Positions 30,722 through 39,851 of a stretch of DNA of 64,000 bases are shown piece by piece. This DNA is from Candidatus Woesearchaeota archaeon (GTDB taxonomy: Archaea; Nanobdellota; Nanobdellia; Woesearchaeales; DSVV01). The notes below the pieces were generated by a model. That model saw nothing but the letters and a program-made list of their open reading frames with translations, made no database searches and was not told the origin of the DNA. The DNA lies in contig JABHXF010000023.1 in assembly GCA_018657385.1 (NCBI GenBank), positions 1,297 to 65,296 of the forward strand, written 5' to 3'. Position 1 is the first letter of the stretch. Each line of letters starts with the position of its first letter. Position numbers and translations under genes: made by a program.

Positions 30722-31696
30722 TTATTTCAAACTACACAAAGTAAAATTAGCCAACAATGCCTCTAATTGTAGATATTCATCACTACCTTCAGTCATTCTA
30801 AACTCTATTTCTCCACATTTATCAATTAACTTAACTTTCATTCTATCATCTATATCTAATTCTAAAACTTGTCTCTGTATTTGTTTAATTATATCTTGTC
30901 CACTAAGTCCATATCTTAACATTGCATCTAACAATTTATTTCTGGCATCAATAAATTTATTATTAATTGCTAATTGCAATATTTCTTCAACTTCTTTTGG
31001 TTTAGCAACAGATGCCATTGAAAACACTAATTCTTCTGTTATTTTTGAGTCAAGTGCAGCACAACTTTGTAAAATGTTTTCCATCCTTCTACAATCTCCT
31101 CCACTTATCTCAAATAGAGCTTGTTTTGCATTTTCTTCCATATCTAGATCTTCTGCTTTTGCAATACTTTCAATTAATACAAAAATATCTTCTTTTGCTA
31201 ATGGTTTAAATCTAAATAAAGTACATCTACTCTGAATAGGATCAATAATTTTTGAGGAATAATTATTAGATAGAATAAATCTACATGTTTGTGTATAATT
31301 CTCCATAGTTCTTCTTAATGCTTGTTGTGCTTCTTTTGTTAAAGCATCACTTTCATCTAAGAAAATAACTTTAAATGGTACATTACCAAGGGCTCTAGTT
31401 CTTGCAAAGTCCTTTACTTTATTTCTAACAACATCAATACCTCTTTCATCTGATGCATTTAATTCAAGAAAGTTTTGTTTCCAGTTCTCTCCAAACATTT
31501 GTTTAGCTACAACAATTGCTAATGTTGATTTTCCTGTTCCAGCAGGTCCTGAAAACATTAAATGAGGCATATTTCCTTTTTTAATAAATGCCTTAATCTT
31601 TCTTTTAATATCTTCCTGGCCTTTAATCTCATCAAATGTACTAGGTCTATACTTTTCAATCCATATTGCTGTATTTTGCTTGTTTGGTGGATTCAT
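30722..31696 (-). CDS. rfcS: Replication factor C small subunit
   Basis: WIEKYRP, GPAGTGKST, LELNASDERG, FLDESD, SRC motif; no intein. Confidence 0.97.
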   Translation of the reverse strand: MNPPNKQNTAIWIEKYRPSTFDEIKGQEDIKRKIKAFIKKGNMPHLMFSGPAGTGKSTLAIVVAKQMFGENWKQNFLELNASDERGIDVVRNKVKDFARTRALGNVPFKVIFLDESDALTKEAQQALRRTMENYTQTCRFILSNNYSSKIIDPIQSRCTLFRFKPLAKEDIFVLIESIAKAEDLDMEENAKQALFEISGGDCRRMENILQSCAALDSKITEELVFSMASVAKPKEVEEILQLAINNKFIDARNKLLDAMLRYGLSGQDIIKQIQRQVLELDIDDRMKVKLIDKCGEIEFRMTEGSDEYLQLEALLANFTLCSLK

Positions 31697-31769
31697 TATA
31701 AAATTTAGAATTTTTGTAGCTTTAAATATTTATTGTTTGTAAAATCTTAGAATTAAATAAATAAAAAAA

Positions 31770-32033
31770 TTAAATAATATCTTCTTCTGCAATAACTAAA
31801 TAGTCACCCATAGCAATAACTGCACTAAATGGTATTAATATATTGCCTTGTTTGTCTTTTTCTAACTCTAACTTTTCTGTATAGGTTGTTGGGTTAACAA
31901 GTACTATATGGATTAGTTCTCCAGATCTAGTTTCAAATACTAAATCGCCTACATCTCCAAACTTTTTTGCAGATTTTGATACTACTACTTTTCCTAATAA
32001 CTGTTTTGAAAACTTTTTTTCTTCTTCACCCAT
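31770..32033 (-). CDS. PRC-barrel domain protein (CdpB-like)
   Basis: SKQLLGKVVVSKSAKKFGDVGDLVFETRSGEL...IPFSAVIAMGDYLVI; GAGGGG RBS. Confidence 0.85.
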   Translation of the reverse strand: MGEEEKKFSKQLLGKVVVSKSAKKFGDVGDLVFETRSGELIHIVLVNPTTYTEKLELEKDKQGNILIPFSAVIAMGDYLVIAEEDII

Positions 32034-32348
32034 TTTATTTCCCCTCAGTAATGATTATTTCATTTAATATTAATAAACCTAATTATTAATGATATGTGAG
32101 ATACTATTGTATTTAAATCTTTCGATAGAAAATGGCCTTGTATGTTTTGAACGTATAAGGTGAGAACAATAAACTATTTTATACTTAAACTACTTAATTA
32201 GGCTTACTTTATCTGTTTTTACGTCTTATTTAATTAAATATCTTGTGGCAAACATTAAGCAAATTTTCAATTTGACTCAAATATAAACTAAATTTAACCC
32301 TTTTCACACTTTTTTTAATTTTTTTATTTGATTTCAAATAATTATTCA

Positions 32349-32978
32349 TTACTTAACAAGTTTATCTACTGCTTTAGGAACATAATCCATTAACTTTTCA
32401 ACAGCAGCAATATATGCTTTTCTTCCTAAACCAAATGAATTAGGTATTTCTGCTTTATTATCTCCTGTAACATATCTACTAAGTACATCAATCAATGGAT
32501 TATATTGGGAAGAGGCATATATCTCTTGTACTTGATTATTATTGGTATTTGCCATAGACAATACAGCAATTGTATCAGGTTTTGCAATTGTTTGTTCTTT
32601 TTTTTCTTTAATGATTCCTTCAATACCAAACATTGGTAAAACATCTACTCTATCCTTCATTTCTTCTTGAATAAATTGATATTCTGCTTTTTTAAAATAA
32701 TGTACTATGGCTGTATCATTACCTTCTTTTATTGCCTTATTTATATCTTGGAGTTCTATTGGTGTATATACTCCTCTTTCTTTTGCAACAGCAATTACCT
32801 TTAATCTAAATCCAATTGGTACATTATCTAATCTGATTTTTTCAGCTAATGATCCACTGGATGCTGCTTCATATCTTTCAACTGCATCTATTTTATGAAG
32901 GTGATCTCTAGCAATTAGTTCTGCAATTGGTGATCTTCCTTGGTTTCCAGTACATGTAAATTCAATGATTTCTTTCAT
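32349..32978 (-). CDS. Low-molecular-weight phosphatase/ArsC-like protein
   Basis: P-loop FTCTGNQGRSPIAE (CX5R); ASSG; ATG 32978 follows a GGTGA RBS. Confidence 0.75.
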   Translation of the reverse strand: MKEIIEFTCTGNQGRSPIAELIARDHLHKIDAVERYEAASSGSLAEKIRLDNVPIGFRLKVIAVAKERGVYTPIELQDINKAIKEGNDTAIVHYFKKAEYQFIQEEMKDRVDVLPMFGIEGIIKEKKEQTIAKPDTIAVLSMANTNNNQVQEIYASSQYNPLIDVLSRYVTGDNKAEIPNSFGLGRKAYIAAVEKLMDYVPKAVDKLVK

Positions 32979-33138
32979 TTTCTTCACCTTTTCTATGGTT
33001 AATTTAATAATTATTTAATTGTTTGTATTTGTATCACTTGATAGTACTAACTCCATACCTTGTACTATTTAAATCTTATTTCCCCCTTGGTGGGTTAGGA
33101 TGGTAAGTTTTATATATCATCTTGTATTTTATTAGCAT

Positions 33139-33915
33139 ATGATTGATTCAAGTACATTAGAGGGAATAGGTTTAACAAAAGGCGAGGCAAGGGTTTATCT
33201 TGCATTAGTTCATCTTGGATCTACTAGTGTTGGGCCCATAATAACCCTGAGTAAGGTTTCTGGTTCTAAGGTTTATGTAATATTAAATAAATTAATTCAA
33301 AAAGGATTAGTAAGTTCCATTATTAGGAATAAAACAAAAATATTTCAACCACAAGATCCTTCAAGACTATTTGATTATATTGATAATCAGGAGAAAGAGA
33401 TACAAAAAAGGAGGGAAAAAATAGGGGATTTAATGCCTTCTTTAATTGCATCTCTTAAAGAAAAACCAGAGACTATTGTTGAAGTATTAGAGGGTAAAAG
33501 TGGATTTATCTCTATACATGAAAAAGAACTTAAAAAAATGCAAAATGGCGATACATACTATTCAATAGCTGATTATACTTTTGGTAAGACTTATGCTGCA
33601 TTTTGGATTAAATATAATGAATTAAGACAAAAAAAAGGCATTGGTCAACATCTTATATACTCATTTGATAATTGGAATCAAAAACATAGGGTAGGATTAA
33701 GAAAAAAAAGAAAATTATTTTCTCCACGTGTTTTGCCTACTGAAATAAATATACCAACACATTTATCAATATTTAAAGAAGCAGTAGTCATTAGTATATT
33801 TGAAAAAGAACCAATTTCAATTGTTATTAGGAATAAATCTTTATTCAATGCTCAAAAACAATACTTTAAAATGTTATGGGATATTGCAAAACTACCTATG
33901 GGATATGAAAATTAA
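33139..33915 (+). CDS. TrmB family transcriptional regulator
   Basis: LEGIGLTKGEARVYLALV...SKVYVILNKLIQKGLV HTH; C-terminal QYFKMLWDIA. Confidence 0.9.
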   Translation: MIDSSTLEGIGLTKGEARVYLALVHLGSTSVGPIITLSKVSGSKVYVILNKLIQKGLVSSIIRNKTKIFQPQDPSRLFDYIDNQEKEIQKRREKIGDLMPSLIASLKEKPETIVEVLEGKSGFISIHEKELKKMQNGDTYYSIADYTFGKTYAAFWIKYNELRQKKGIGQHLIYSFDNWNQKHRVGLRKKRKLFSPRVLPTEINIPTHLSIFKEAVVISIFEKEPISIVIRNKSLFNAQKQYFKMLWDIAKLPMGYEN

Positions 33916-33977
33916 GAAATCTCACACTACTTTACTAAAAATATTTATATAAAATCAACTTAACACAAAAATAAGGG

Positions 33978-35075
33978 ATGATAAACATGAAAATAGAAGA
34001 AAAAATCAAACTAATAATGGAAGTAGGGGAAGAAGTTCTTACAGAAGAAGAGCTGAAAACACTATTTGAGACAAAAAAGCATCCAATTGCATATGATGGT
34101 TTTGAGCCTTCTGGCACAAGCGTACATATTGCTCAGGGGTTATTAAGGGCTATAAACATCAATAAGATGACTAAAGCAGGGGTAAAATTCACTATGTTAG
34201 CTGCTGATTGGCATGGTTGGGCAAATAATAAGTTAGATGGTGATTTAGAAAAAATTAATATTGTTGGTGATTACTTAATTGAGGTATGGAAAGCATGTGA
34301 TATGGACCTTGATAATGTTAAATTTATCAGAAGTACAGATTTAATTAATAATGGCACATACTGGAAAACAGTAATGCAAGTAGCAAGAAATAATACTGTT
34401 AAAAGAATAACAAGATGTTCTCAAATCATGGGTAGGGGAGAGAATGACTCATTACAATCTTCTCAGATACTTTATCCTTGTATGCAATGTGCTGATATCT
34501 TTGAAATTGGTGCTGATATCACACAATTAGGCATGGATCAGAGAAAAGTAAATGTATTGGCAAGAGAAGTAGGTCCAAAGCTTGGTTATTACAAGCCTGT
34601 TGTTGTTAGTCATCATATGTTACAAGGGTTATCACAACCACCAGGTAAAGATGCGAGTCATGAAGAACGAATGATGGCAATGAAAATGTCAAAATCAAAA
34701 CCTGATTCTGCTATTTTTATGAATGATATTGAAGCAGATATTAATCGTAAGGTTAAAAAAGCATATTGTCCAGAAGCTCAAGTTCAGGAAAATCCTATCT
34801 TAGAATATTGTAAATATATCATCTTCCCCAAATTTGAAAAATCTGGTTCATTAATTATTGAAAGACCTGAAAAATGGGGTGGTAATCTTGAATTTAAAAC
34901 TTATGCCGAATTAGAAAAAGCATTTGCTGCTAATGAATTACATCCTGCAGATCTTAAACAAGCAGTTGCTATTTATCTTAATAAACTTCTTGAACCTGTT
35001 AGGAAAAAACTTGAGAAAAACAAAAAAGCAATTAAATTAGCAGAACAGATTAAAGAATTTAAAGTTACAAGGTAA
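33978..35075 (+). CDS. tyrS: Tyrosine--tRNA ligase
   Basis: YDGFEPSG, HIAQ, ADWH, YPCMQCADI, GMDQRK, KMSKS, LHPADLK. Confidence 0.97.
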   Translation: MINMKIEEKIKLIMEVGEEVLTEEELKTLFETKKHPIAYDGFEPSGTSVHIAQGLLRAININKMTKAGVKFTMLAADWHGWANNKLDGDLEKINIVGDYLIEVWKACDMDLDNVKFIRSTDLINNGTYWKTVMQVARNNTVKRITRCSQIMGRGENDSLQSSQILYPCMQCADIFEIGADITQLGMDQRKVNVLAREVGPKLGYYKPVVVSHHMLQGLSQPPGKDASHEERMMAMKMSKSKPDSAIFMNDIEADINRKVKKAYCPEAQVQENPILEYCKYIIFPKFEKSGSLIIERPEKWGGNLEFKTYAELEKAFAANELHPADLKQAVAIYLNKLLEPVRKKLEKNKKAIKLAEQIKEFKVTR

Positions 35076-35123
35076 TTTAGATAATAAATAACTTTATATA
35101 CTTCTTTTTTTATAATCTTATTC

Positions 35124-36206
35124 ATGAAATCTTTTAAACAAGAACTAAGAAAACAGAAAATTCATCTTGCCTTAATTATAAACTCAACTTTACAAGATCC
35201 TAATTTTTATTATTTAACTAATGTAACTCCAGAAAATGCATTCATGTTAATATCTTCTAAATTCTCAACTAAAATATACTGTTCTCCTCTAGAATCTGCC
35301 CAACTTAAATCTAAATCAAAAATAAAAGCATTTTATAATCTTGATAAAAAAACATTTGAAAAGATGATTGCTTTAATAAGAAAATACAGGATTAAGAAAA
35401 TTGGTATGAATCTATCAACAATTACTGTAAATGAGTTTAATGGGATTAAAAAAAGAATACAAAAACAAGTTAAGGGTATTAAGTTTGTTGATATTTCTAA
35501 TCTATTAAGAAAAACCAGAGCAATTAAAACAAAACAAGAGATTAAATTATATAAAAAAGCAACAAAGATTACTGAAATTATTTGGGAAAAAACATTAAAG
35601 TACATAAAATCCAAGAGGTCAATAACTGAAATACAAGTGAAAGAATTCATGGAAAAAGAAATGAATAATTTAAACTTAACTTCTTCATTTCCAACAATTG
35701 TAGCGTCTGGAAAAAATTCATCTATTCCGCATTATGTTCCACAAAAAAAGAAACTAAGTAAGGGATTTTGTGTTATTGATTTCGGAATAAATTATAAAGG
35801 TTATTGTACTGATATAACAAGAACTATTTATCTTGGAAAACCATCACAAAAAGAAATAGATCTGTATAAACTTATTTTTGATACTAAAAATTATGCTGCT
35901 TCATTAATCAAACCAAACCAATTTTCCGCAACAATTTCAAAAAAAACACGGAAATTTCTGGGGGAATACGATAAATATTTTACACATGGTCTTGGTCATG
36001 GGATTGGGCTAGAAATTCATGAATTACCAAATTTAAAGGTAACAGCAAAAGAAAAATTCCAGCCAAATATGATTTTTACAATTGAACCGGGTATATATAT
36101 AAAAAATAAATTAGGAATCAGACTAGAAGACGATTATTTATTAACAAACAAATCTATTATACAATTAACTAAAGCACCAAAAAATCTTGCTGTAATAAAT
36201 CGGTAA
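35124..36206 (+). CDS. Xaa-Pro aminopeptidase/prolidase (M24B)
   Basis: IDFG...YCTDITRT, HGLGHGIGLEIHE, TIEPGIY, GIRLEDD. Confidence 0.93.
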   Translation: MKSFKQELRKQKIHLALIINSTLQDPNFYYLTNVTPENAFMLISSKFSTKIYCSPLESAQLKSKSKIKAFYNLDKKTFEKMIALIRKYRIKKIGMNLSTITVNEFNGIKKRIQKQVKGIKFVDISNLLRKTRAIKTKQEIKLYKKATKITEIIWEKTLKYIKSKRSITEIQVKEFMEKEMNNLNLTSSFPTIVASGKNSSIPHYVPQKKKLSKGFCVIDFGINYKGYCTDITRTIYLGKPSQKEIDLYKLIFDTKNYAASLIKPNQFSATISKKTRKFLGEYDKYFTHGLGHGIGLEIHELPNLKVTAKEKFQPNMIFTIEPGIYIKNKLGIRLEDDYLLTNKSIIQLTKAPKNLAVINR

Positions 36207-36237
36207 TTTTATTAATCTCCTTTAATTCTTTAATCTT

Positions 36238-36807
36238 ATGAAATTAATCTTAACAAGGCATGGCCAAACAATAGGTAATGTAACTGGTATTTTGCAGGGT
36301 CATAATCCTGGCAAATTAACTGAAAAAGGAATACAACAAGCAAAAAAACTAGCTTTAAGATTAAAAAATGAAAAAATAGATGCAATTTATTCTAGTGACC
36401 TTAAACGTGCTAGTGATACTGCAAAAATGATCATTGAATTTCATAAAAATATACCTGTCTATTATGTAAAAGAATTAAGGGAGGGTGATTGTGGTAGTTT
36501 TACTGGAAAAAAAGAATCTGAAATTGATTGGAATTGTAAACCAGATGATGCTGAATCAGTTGATGAAATGCAATCAAGAGTAAACAAATTGTTTGAATCT
36601 GTTTACAAGAAACACGTGAATGATACAATACTTTTTGTTGGCCATAATGGTATTAATAAATCATTGATGACTATTATCAATAATCTTCCAGCTAATGATT
36701 TACCTAAAATACCAAGTTTTTCTCCAACTTCACTTACTATCTTTGAAATTAATGAAGACAAAAATAATAAAATTCTTTTATTAAATTGTGTTGAACATTT
36801 AAATTAA
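36238..36807 (+). CDS. Histidine phosphatase (PGAM/CobC-like) family protein
   Basis: RHGQT, SSDLKRA, LRE, VGHNG. Confidence 0.92.
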   Translation: MKLILTRHGQTIGNVTGILQGHNPGKLTEKGIQQAKKLALRLKNEKIDAIYSSDLKRASDTAKMIIEFHKNIPVYYVKELREGDCGSFTGKKESEIDWNCKPDDAESVDEMQSRVNKLFESVYKKHVNDTILFVGHNGINKSLMTIINNLPANDLPKIPSFSPTSLTIFEINEDKNNKILLLNCVEHLN

Positions 36808-36862
36808 AATAATTTGAAAAATCTACACAAACTTTATAAACAAAAAAGATTTACTCTATGTT

Positions 36863-38005
36863 ATGGATGCAAAAAATAATGAAGCATTAGATAATGTCAT
36901 GTATAACTATACTGTTAATGCACATCGTCTAGAGACAGAAAATAAAATTCTAAAAGAAACAATAACACAACTACAGAGAGAATTAAAAAGATTAAGGGAA
37001 CCTGCATTAATGGTTTGTGAAGTTTCTGATGTTACAGGCGAAAATGCAGTTATTCGAACACCTAATGGTAATCAATTTTTTGTTAATGTTTCTAGAGATC
37101 TTAAGGATTTAAGATCAGGTGATACTGTATTGGCTGAACAAAAGAATCTAAATATTATAAAAAAAGTTTCAGTTTCAAAAAAGTTTAATGTTGAACAATT
37201 TGTAATTATGGAAAAACCAAAAGTTTCTTGGAAAGATGTTGGTGGTTTAAAAGATCAAATTGAAGAGATACAAGAAGTTGTTGAAATGCCTTTATTAAAC
37301 CCTGAGATATTTAAAAAAGTGGGTATTGTTCCACCAAAAGGTATTTTATTATATGGTCCACCAGGTACTGGAAAAACTTTGTTAGCTAAAGCAGTTGCTA
37401 AGGCAACAAAAAGCACATTTATAGAAATTGTTGCATCTGAATTAGTTCAAAAATTTATTGGTGAAGGTGCAAAAATGGTTAAAGAAATCTTTGAGTTAGC
37501 AAGAAAAAAAGCACCTTCTGTTGTTTTTATTGACGAGCTTGATGCACTGGCTGCAAAGAGAATTGAAGTTGGTACTTCTGGAGAAAGAGAAGTTCAAAGA
37601 ACTTTTATGCAATTCTTAGCAGAATTAGATGGCTTTAAAAATTTAGGTAATGTTAAAATTATTGGCTGTACTAATAGAAAAGATATTTTAGATCCTGCAA
37701 TTCTTAGGCCAGGGAGATTAGATCGTTTAATTGAAGTTCCTCTACCTGGAAAAGAAGGTGTAAAACAAATCTTCACTATTCATTCAAGAAATATGACCCT
37801 TGATAAAAATATTAAATTGGATAGGGTTCTTAAGAAATTAGAACATTTTTCTGGTGCAGAAATTAGGGCTGTTTGTACTGAATCTGGTTATTTTGCTATA
37901 AGAAATAAAAGAACTAAAATTATTGAAAGTGATTTATTATTAGCTGTTGAAAAAGTAAAACAAAAAGAAAAACAAGATGAATCTTATCTAAAGATGTTTG
38001 GTTAA
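36863..38005 (+). CDS. pan: Proteasome-activating nucleotidase
   Basis: N-terminal coiled coil and OB fold; GPPGTGKT, FIDELD, LRPGRLDR; C-terminal HbYX-like MFG. Confidence 0.93.
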   Translation: MDAKNNEALDNVMYNYTVNAHRLETENKILKETITQLQRELKRLREPALMVCEVSDVTGENAVIRTPNGNQFFVNVSRDLKDLRSGDTVLAEQKNLNIIKKVSVSKKFNVEQFVIMEKPKVSWKDVGGLKDQIEEIQEVVEMPLLNPEIFKKVGIVPPKGILLYGPPGTGKTLLAKAVAKATKSTFIEIVASELVQKFIGEGAKMVKEIFELARKKAPSVVFIDELDALAAKRIEVGTSGEREVQRTFMQFLAELDGFKNLGNVKIIGCTNRKDILDPAILRPGRLDRLIEVPLPGKEGVKQIFTIHSRNMTLDKNIKLDRVLKKLEHFSGAEIRAVCTESGYFAIRNKRTKIIESDLLLAVEKVKQKEKQDESYLKMFG

Positions 38006-38043
38006 ACTTGGCTTTATTGATTAAATAATTGAATTTTTCTAAT

Positions 38044-38523
38044 CTATCTTATTAAAACCATAATGGTGGCTAAAGAAATAATATCAAATATCACCTCATT
38101 ATATGTAATATTTATAATAAAACCTTTTTCTTTTATTTTCCATAATTTTTTTGTGTCAATAATTCTAATATGGATGTAATCTAATAATATATGTGTATAA
38201 TATGAAATACTTATTATTAAAAATAGTTTTGTTAATCCTAATAGCAAAAAAATCATTACTAAAATGGTTACTATTATCATACCTATTTTGTGGTGTATAA
38301 ATGTTCTTTCACTTAACCTGTGGTAATGTGATGAATTATTCCATGCATCTTTAATTTTAAAATCTTTAAATTTATTGTCAATAATAAAACCAATATAATG
38401 ATCTATATCAACCAAAACAGCAAGAATTCCTATTATTAATGCATGCTTACCACCAATTAGCCCAAATTTAGTAAAGATTAAACCAATTAAATATGCAAAA
38501 ATAAAATGTGACCATGGATACAT
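38044..38523 (-). CDS. YdjM-like membrane-bound metal-dependent hydrolase
   Basis: N-terminal H, LVDIDH, RTFIH, YYTHILLD; TM helices; GAGGTGA RBS. Confidence 0.75.
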   Translation of the reverse strand: MYPWSHFIFAYLIGLIFTKFGLIGGKHALIIGILAVLVDIDHYIGFIIDNKFKDFKIKDAWNNSSHYHRLSERTFIHHKIGMIIVTILVMIFLLLGLTKLFLIISISYYTHILLDYIHIRIIDTKKLWKIKEKGFIINITYNEVIFDIISLATIMVLIR

Positions 38524-38542
38524 ATTTCACCTCTTGAAAAAG

Positions 38543-38615
38543 TTGCGTGCTCGATAGTTACTTCCGTCGGTCACAGCGTTAGCTCCCATGGTGTTCACGA
38601 TCTCACAGCACGCAA
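38543..38615 (-). ncRNA. 73-nt dual K-turn RNA with box C/D-like architecture and non-consensus boxes
   Basis: GC-rich island; 8-bp terminal stem; two geometrically canonical K-turns; BRE-TATA at 38650-38636; U5 tract immediately downstream. Confidence 0.7.
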
Positions 38616-38705
38616 GGTATAATAATCACTTCAAGTTTAAAAACTTTTCTTAGAATTAACAAGTTAATCTATAATTGTATTGTATTTAATCCCTTAATTA
38701 GCTAA

Positions 38706-39782
38706 CTACATTACTTTAAAATCAATACATATTCTATAAACACCTGGTGATTGTTGACCACATTTGATTAAATTCAATATCTTACATTTTTTCTTTGCTT
38801 TAATGCAAGCTTTTTTAATTGTTTTTTTTGCATTATCAAACTCTTTTTCATGTAAAAAGTTATAAAAATGCATATCTGTGCCTTTTTTACTTAGCATTAA
38901 TGCATCTTCTAGAAAATCTTCTGCATGTTTTGGTAGAGGCATTAGAATTCTATCAAATTTTGTTCCTAATTTAGATAATTTAGGTGCAATCTTCTTAACA
39001 TCCCCATTAATTAGGCCAATATTAATTAATTTGTTTAATTTTATGTTTTCTAATCCATATTTATGTCCTTCTGGATTAATTTCTATCCCTATAACCTTAT
39101 TTACCATGTCTTTTGCATTATTTGCAATAACACAGCAATATGGTGCACAACCACTAAACATTACTAATATGTTTTCTTTTGTTTTTTTCTTGGTGTTATT
39201 TTCAAGTTCTTTAAAATCATTTTTAATTAATTCAACAATTCTTTTTCTTTCTGTAGACAATCGTGGAGAAAAATATACTTTTTCTACATTTAATTTTAAT
39301 CTAATATTATTTTCTTTATGGAATGCAACTTTCTTTTTTTCTCCTACTAAATATTTCATTTTTTGTGTTCTGAAAACACCTTCATGACTACTATCTTTTC
39401 TTAATACTGTTTCAACATCTTTTCTAATGTCTAATAAAACTTTTCCAATCTTTTTTTCTTTATTTCTTAGTTCTTCGTCAATCTCTAGTATTGCAACATC
39501 TCCTATTAAATCATATGCTGTTTTTACTCTTGTTAATTCTTTTTTTGTTAATACTTTAGATAATGCCTCTTTCAATGACGTGGCTTCTTTTTTGATTGTT
39601 TCAATCTTTTTGTTTACTAATTTATATTTATTATAACTTTTTTTTGGCTTATTATTAATTGGAAAAAATACAAATCCATTTTCTAATCTTACTTTATACT
39701 TGTCACTAAGATTATTATCCTTCATTAATTCATTCTTAATTTTATTCGCTTCTTTAACTGGAACCTTAATTGTTAAAACCAT
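38706..39782 (-). CDS. trm5: Trm5/Taw22 family tRNA (G37) methyltransferase
   Basis: AYDLIGDVAI, HKENNI, KVYFSPRLSTER, MFSGCAPY, IEINP, DRILMPLP; ATG 39782 preferred to the track start. Confidence 0.9.
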   Translation of the reverse strand: MVLTIKVPVKEANKIKNELMKDNNLSDKYKVRLENGFVFFPINNKPKKSYNKYKLVNKKIETIKKEATSLKEALSKVLTKKELTRVKTAYDLIGDVAILEIDEELRNKEKKIGKVLLDIRKDVETVLRKDSSHEGVFRTQKMKYLVGEKKKVAFHKENNIRLKLNVEKVYFSPRLSTERKRIVELIKNDFKELENNTKKKTKENILVMFSGCAPYCCVIANNAKDMVNKVIGIEINPEGHKYGLENIKLNKLINIGLINGDVKKIAPKLSKLGTKFDRILMPLPKHAEDFLEDALMLSKKGTDMHFYNFLHEKEFDNAKKTIKKACIKAKKKCKILNLIKCGQQSPGVYRICIDFKVM

Positions 39783-39851
39783 AAAAGAATAAAAAAGAAA
39801 AAGCATTAATTAACTTTTTGGTTTTTGAACTATAAATAAGTTAATTATTAC

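Noticed and set aside
32136..32160. 11-bp hairpin CCTTGTATGTT-TTG-AACGTATAAGG
   Set aside because: Isolated, with no associated transcript signals or repeat copies; too little to call an RNA or mobile-element end
38543..38615. Element as tRNA, SRP RNA, 5S fragment or fluoride riboswitch; short sense matches to bacterial 16S (ACACCAUGGGAG, GGAGCUAACGC)
   Set aside because: No T-loop or cloverleaf, no SRP helix-8 CAGG/AGCA loop, and no crcB-motif pairing; the 11-12 nt rRNA-like matches come from distant 16S regions and may be chance. The dual K-turn model explains every segment
38543..38615. TIGR-like guide array or IS110 bridge RNA
   Set aside because: Single unit only, with no Nop-domain or transposase gene nearby
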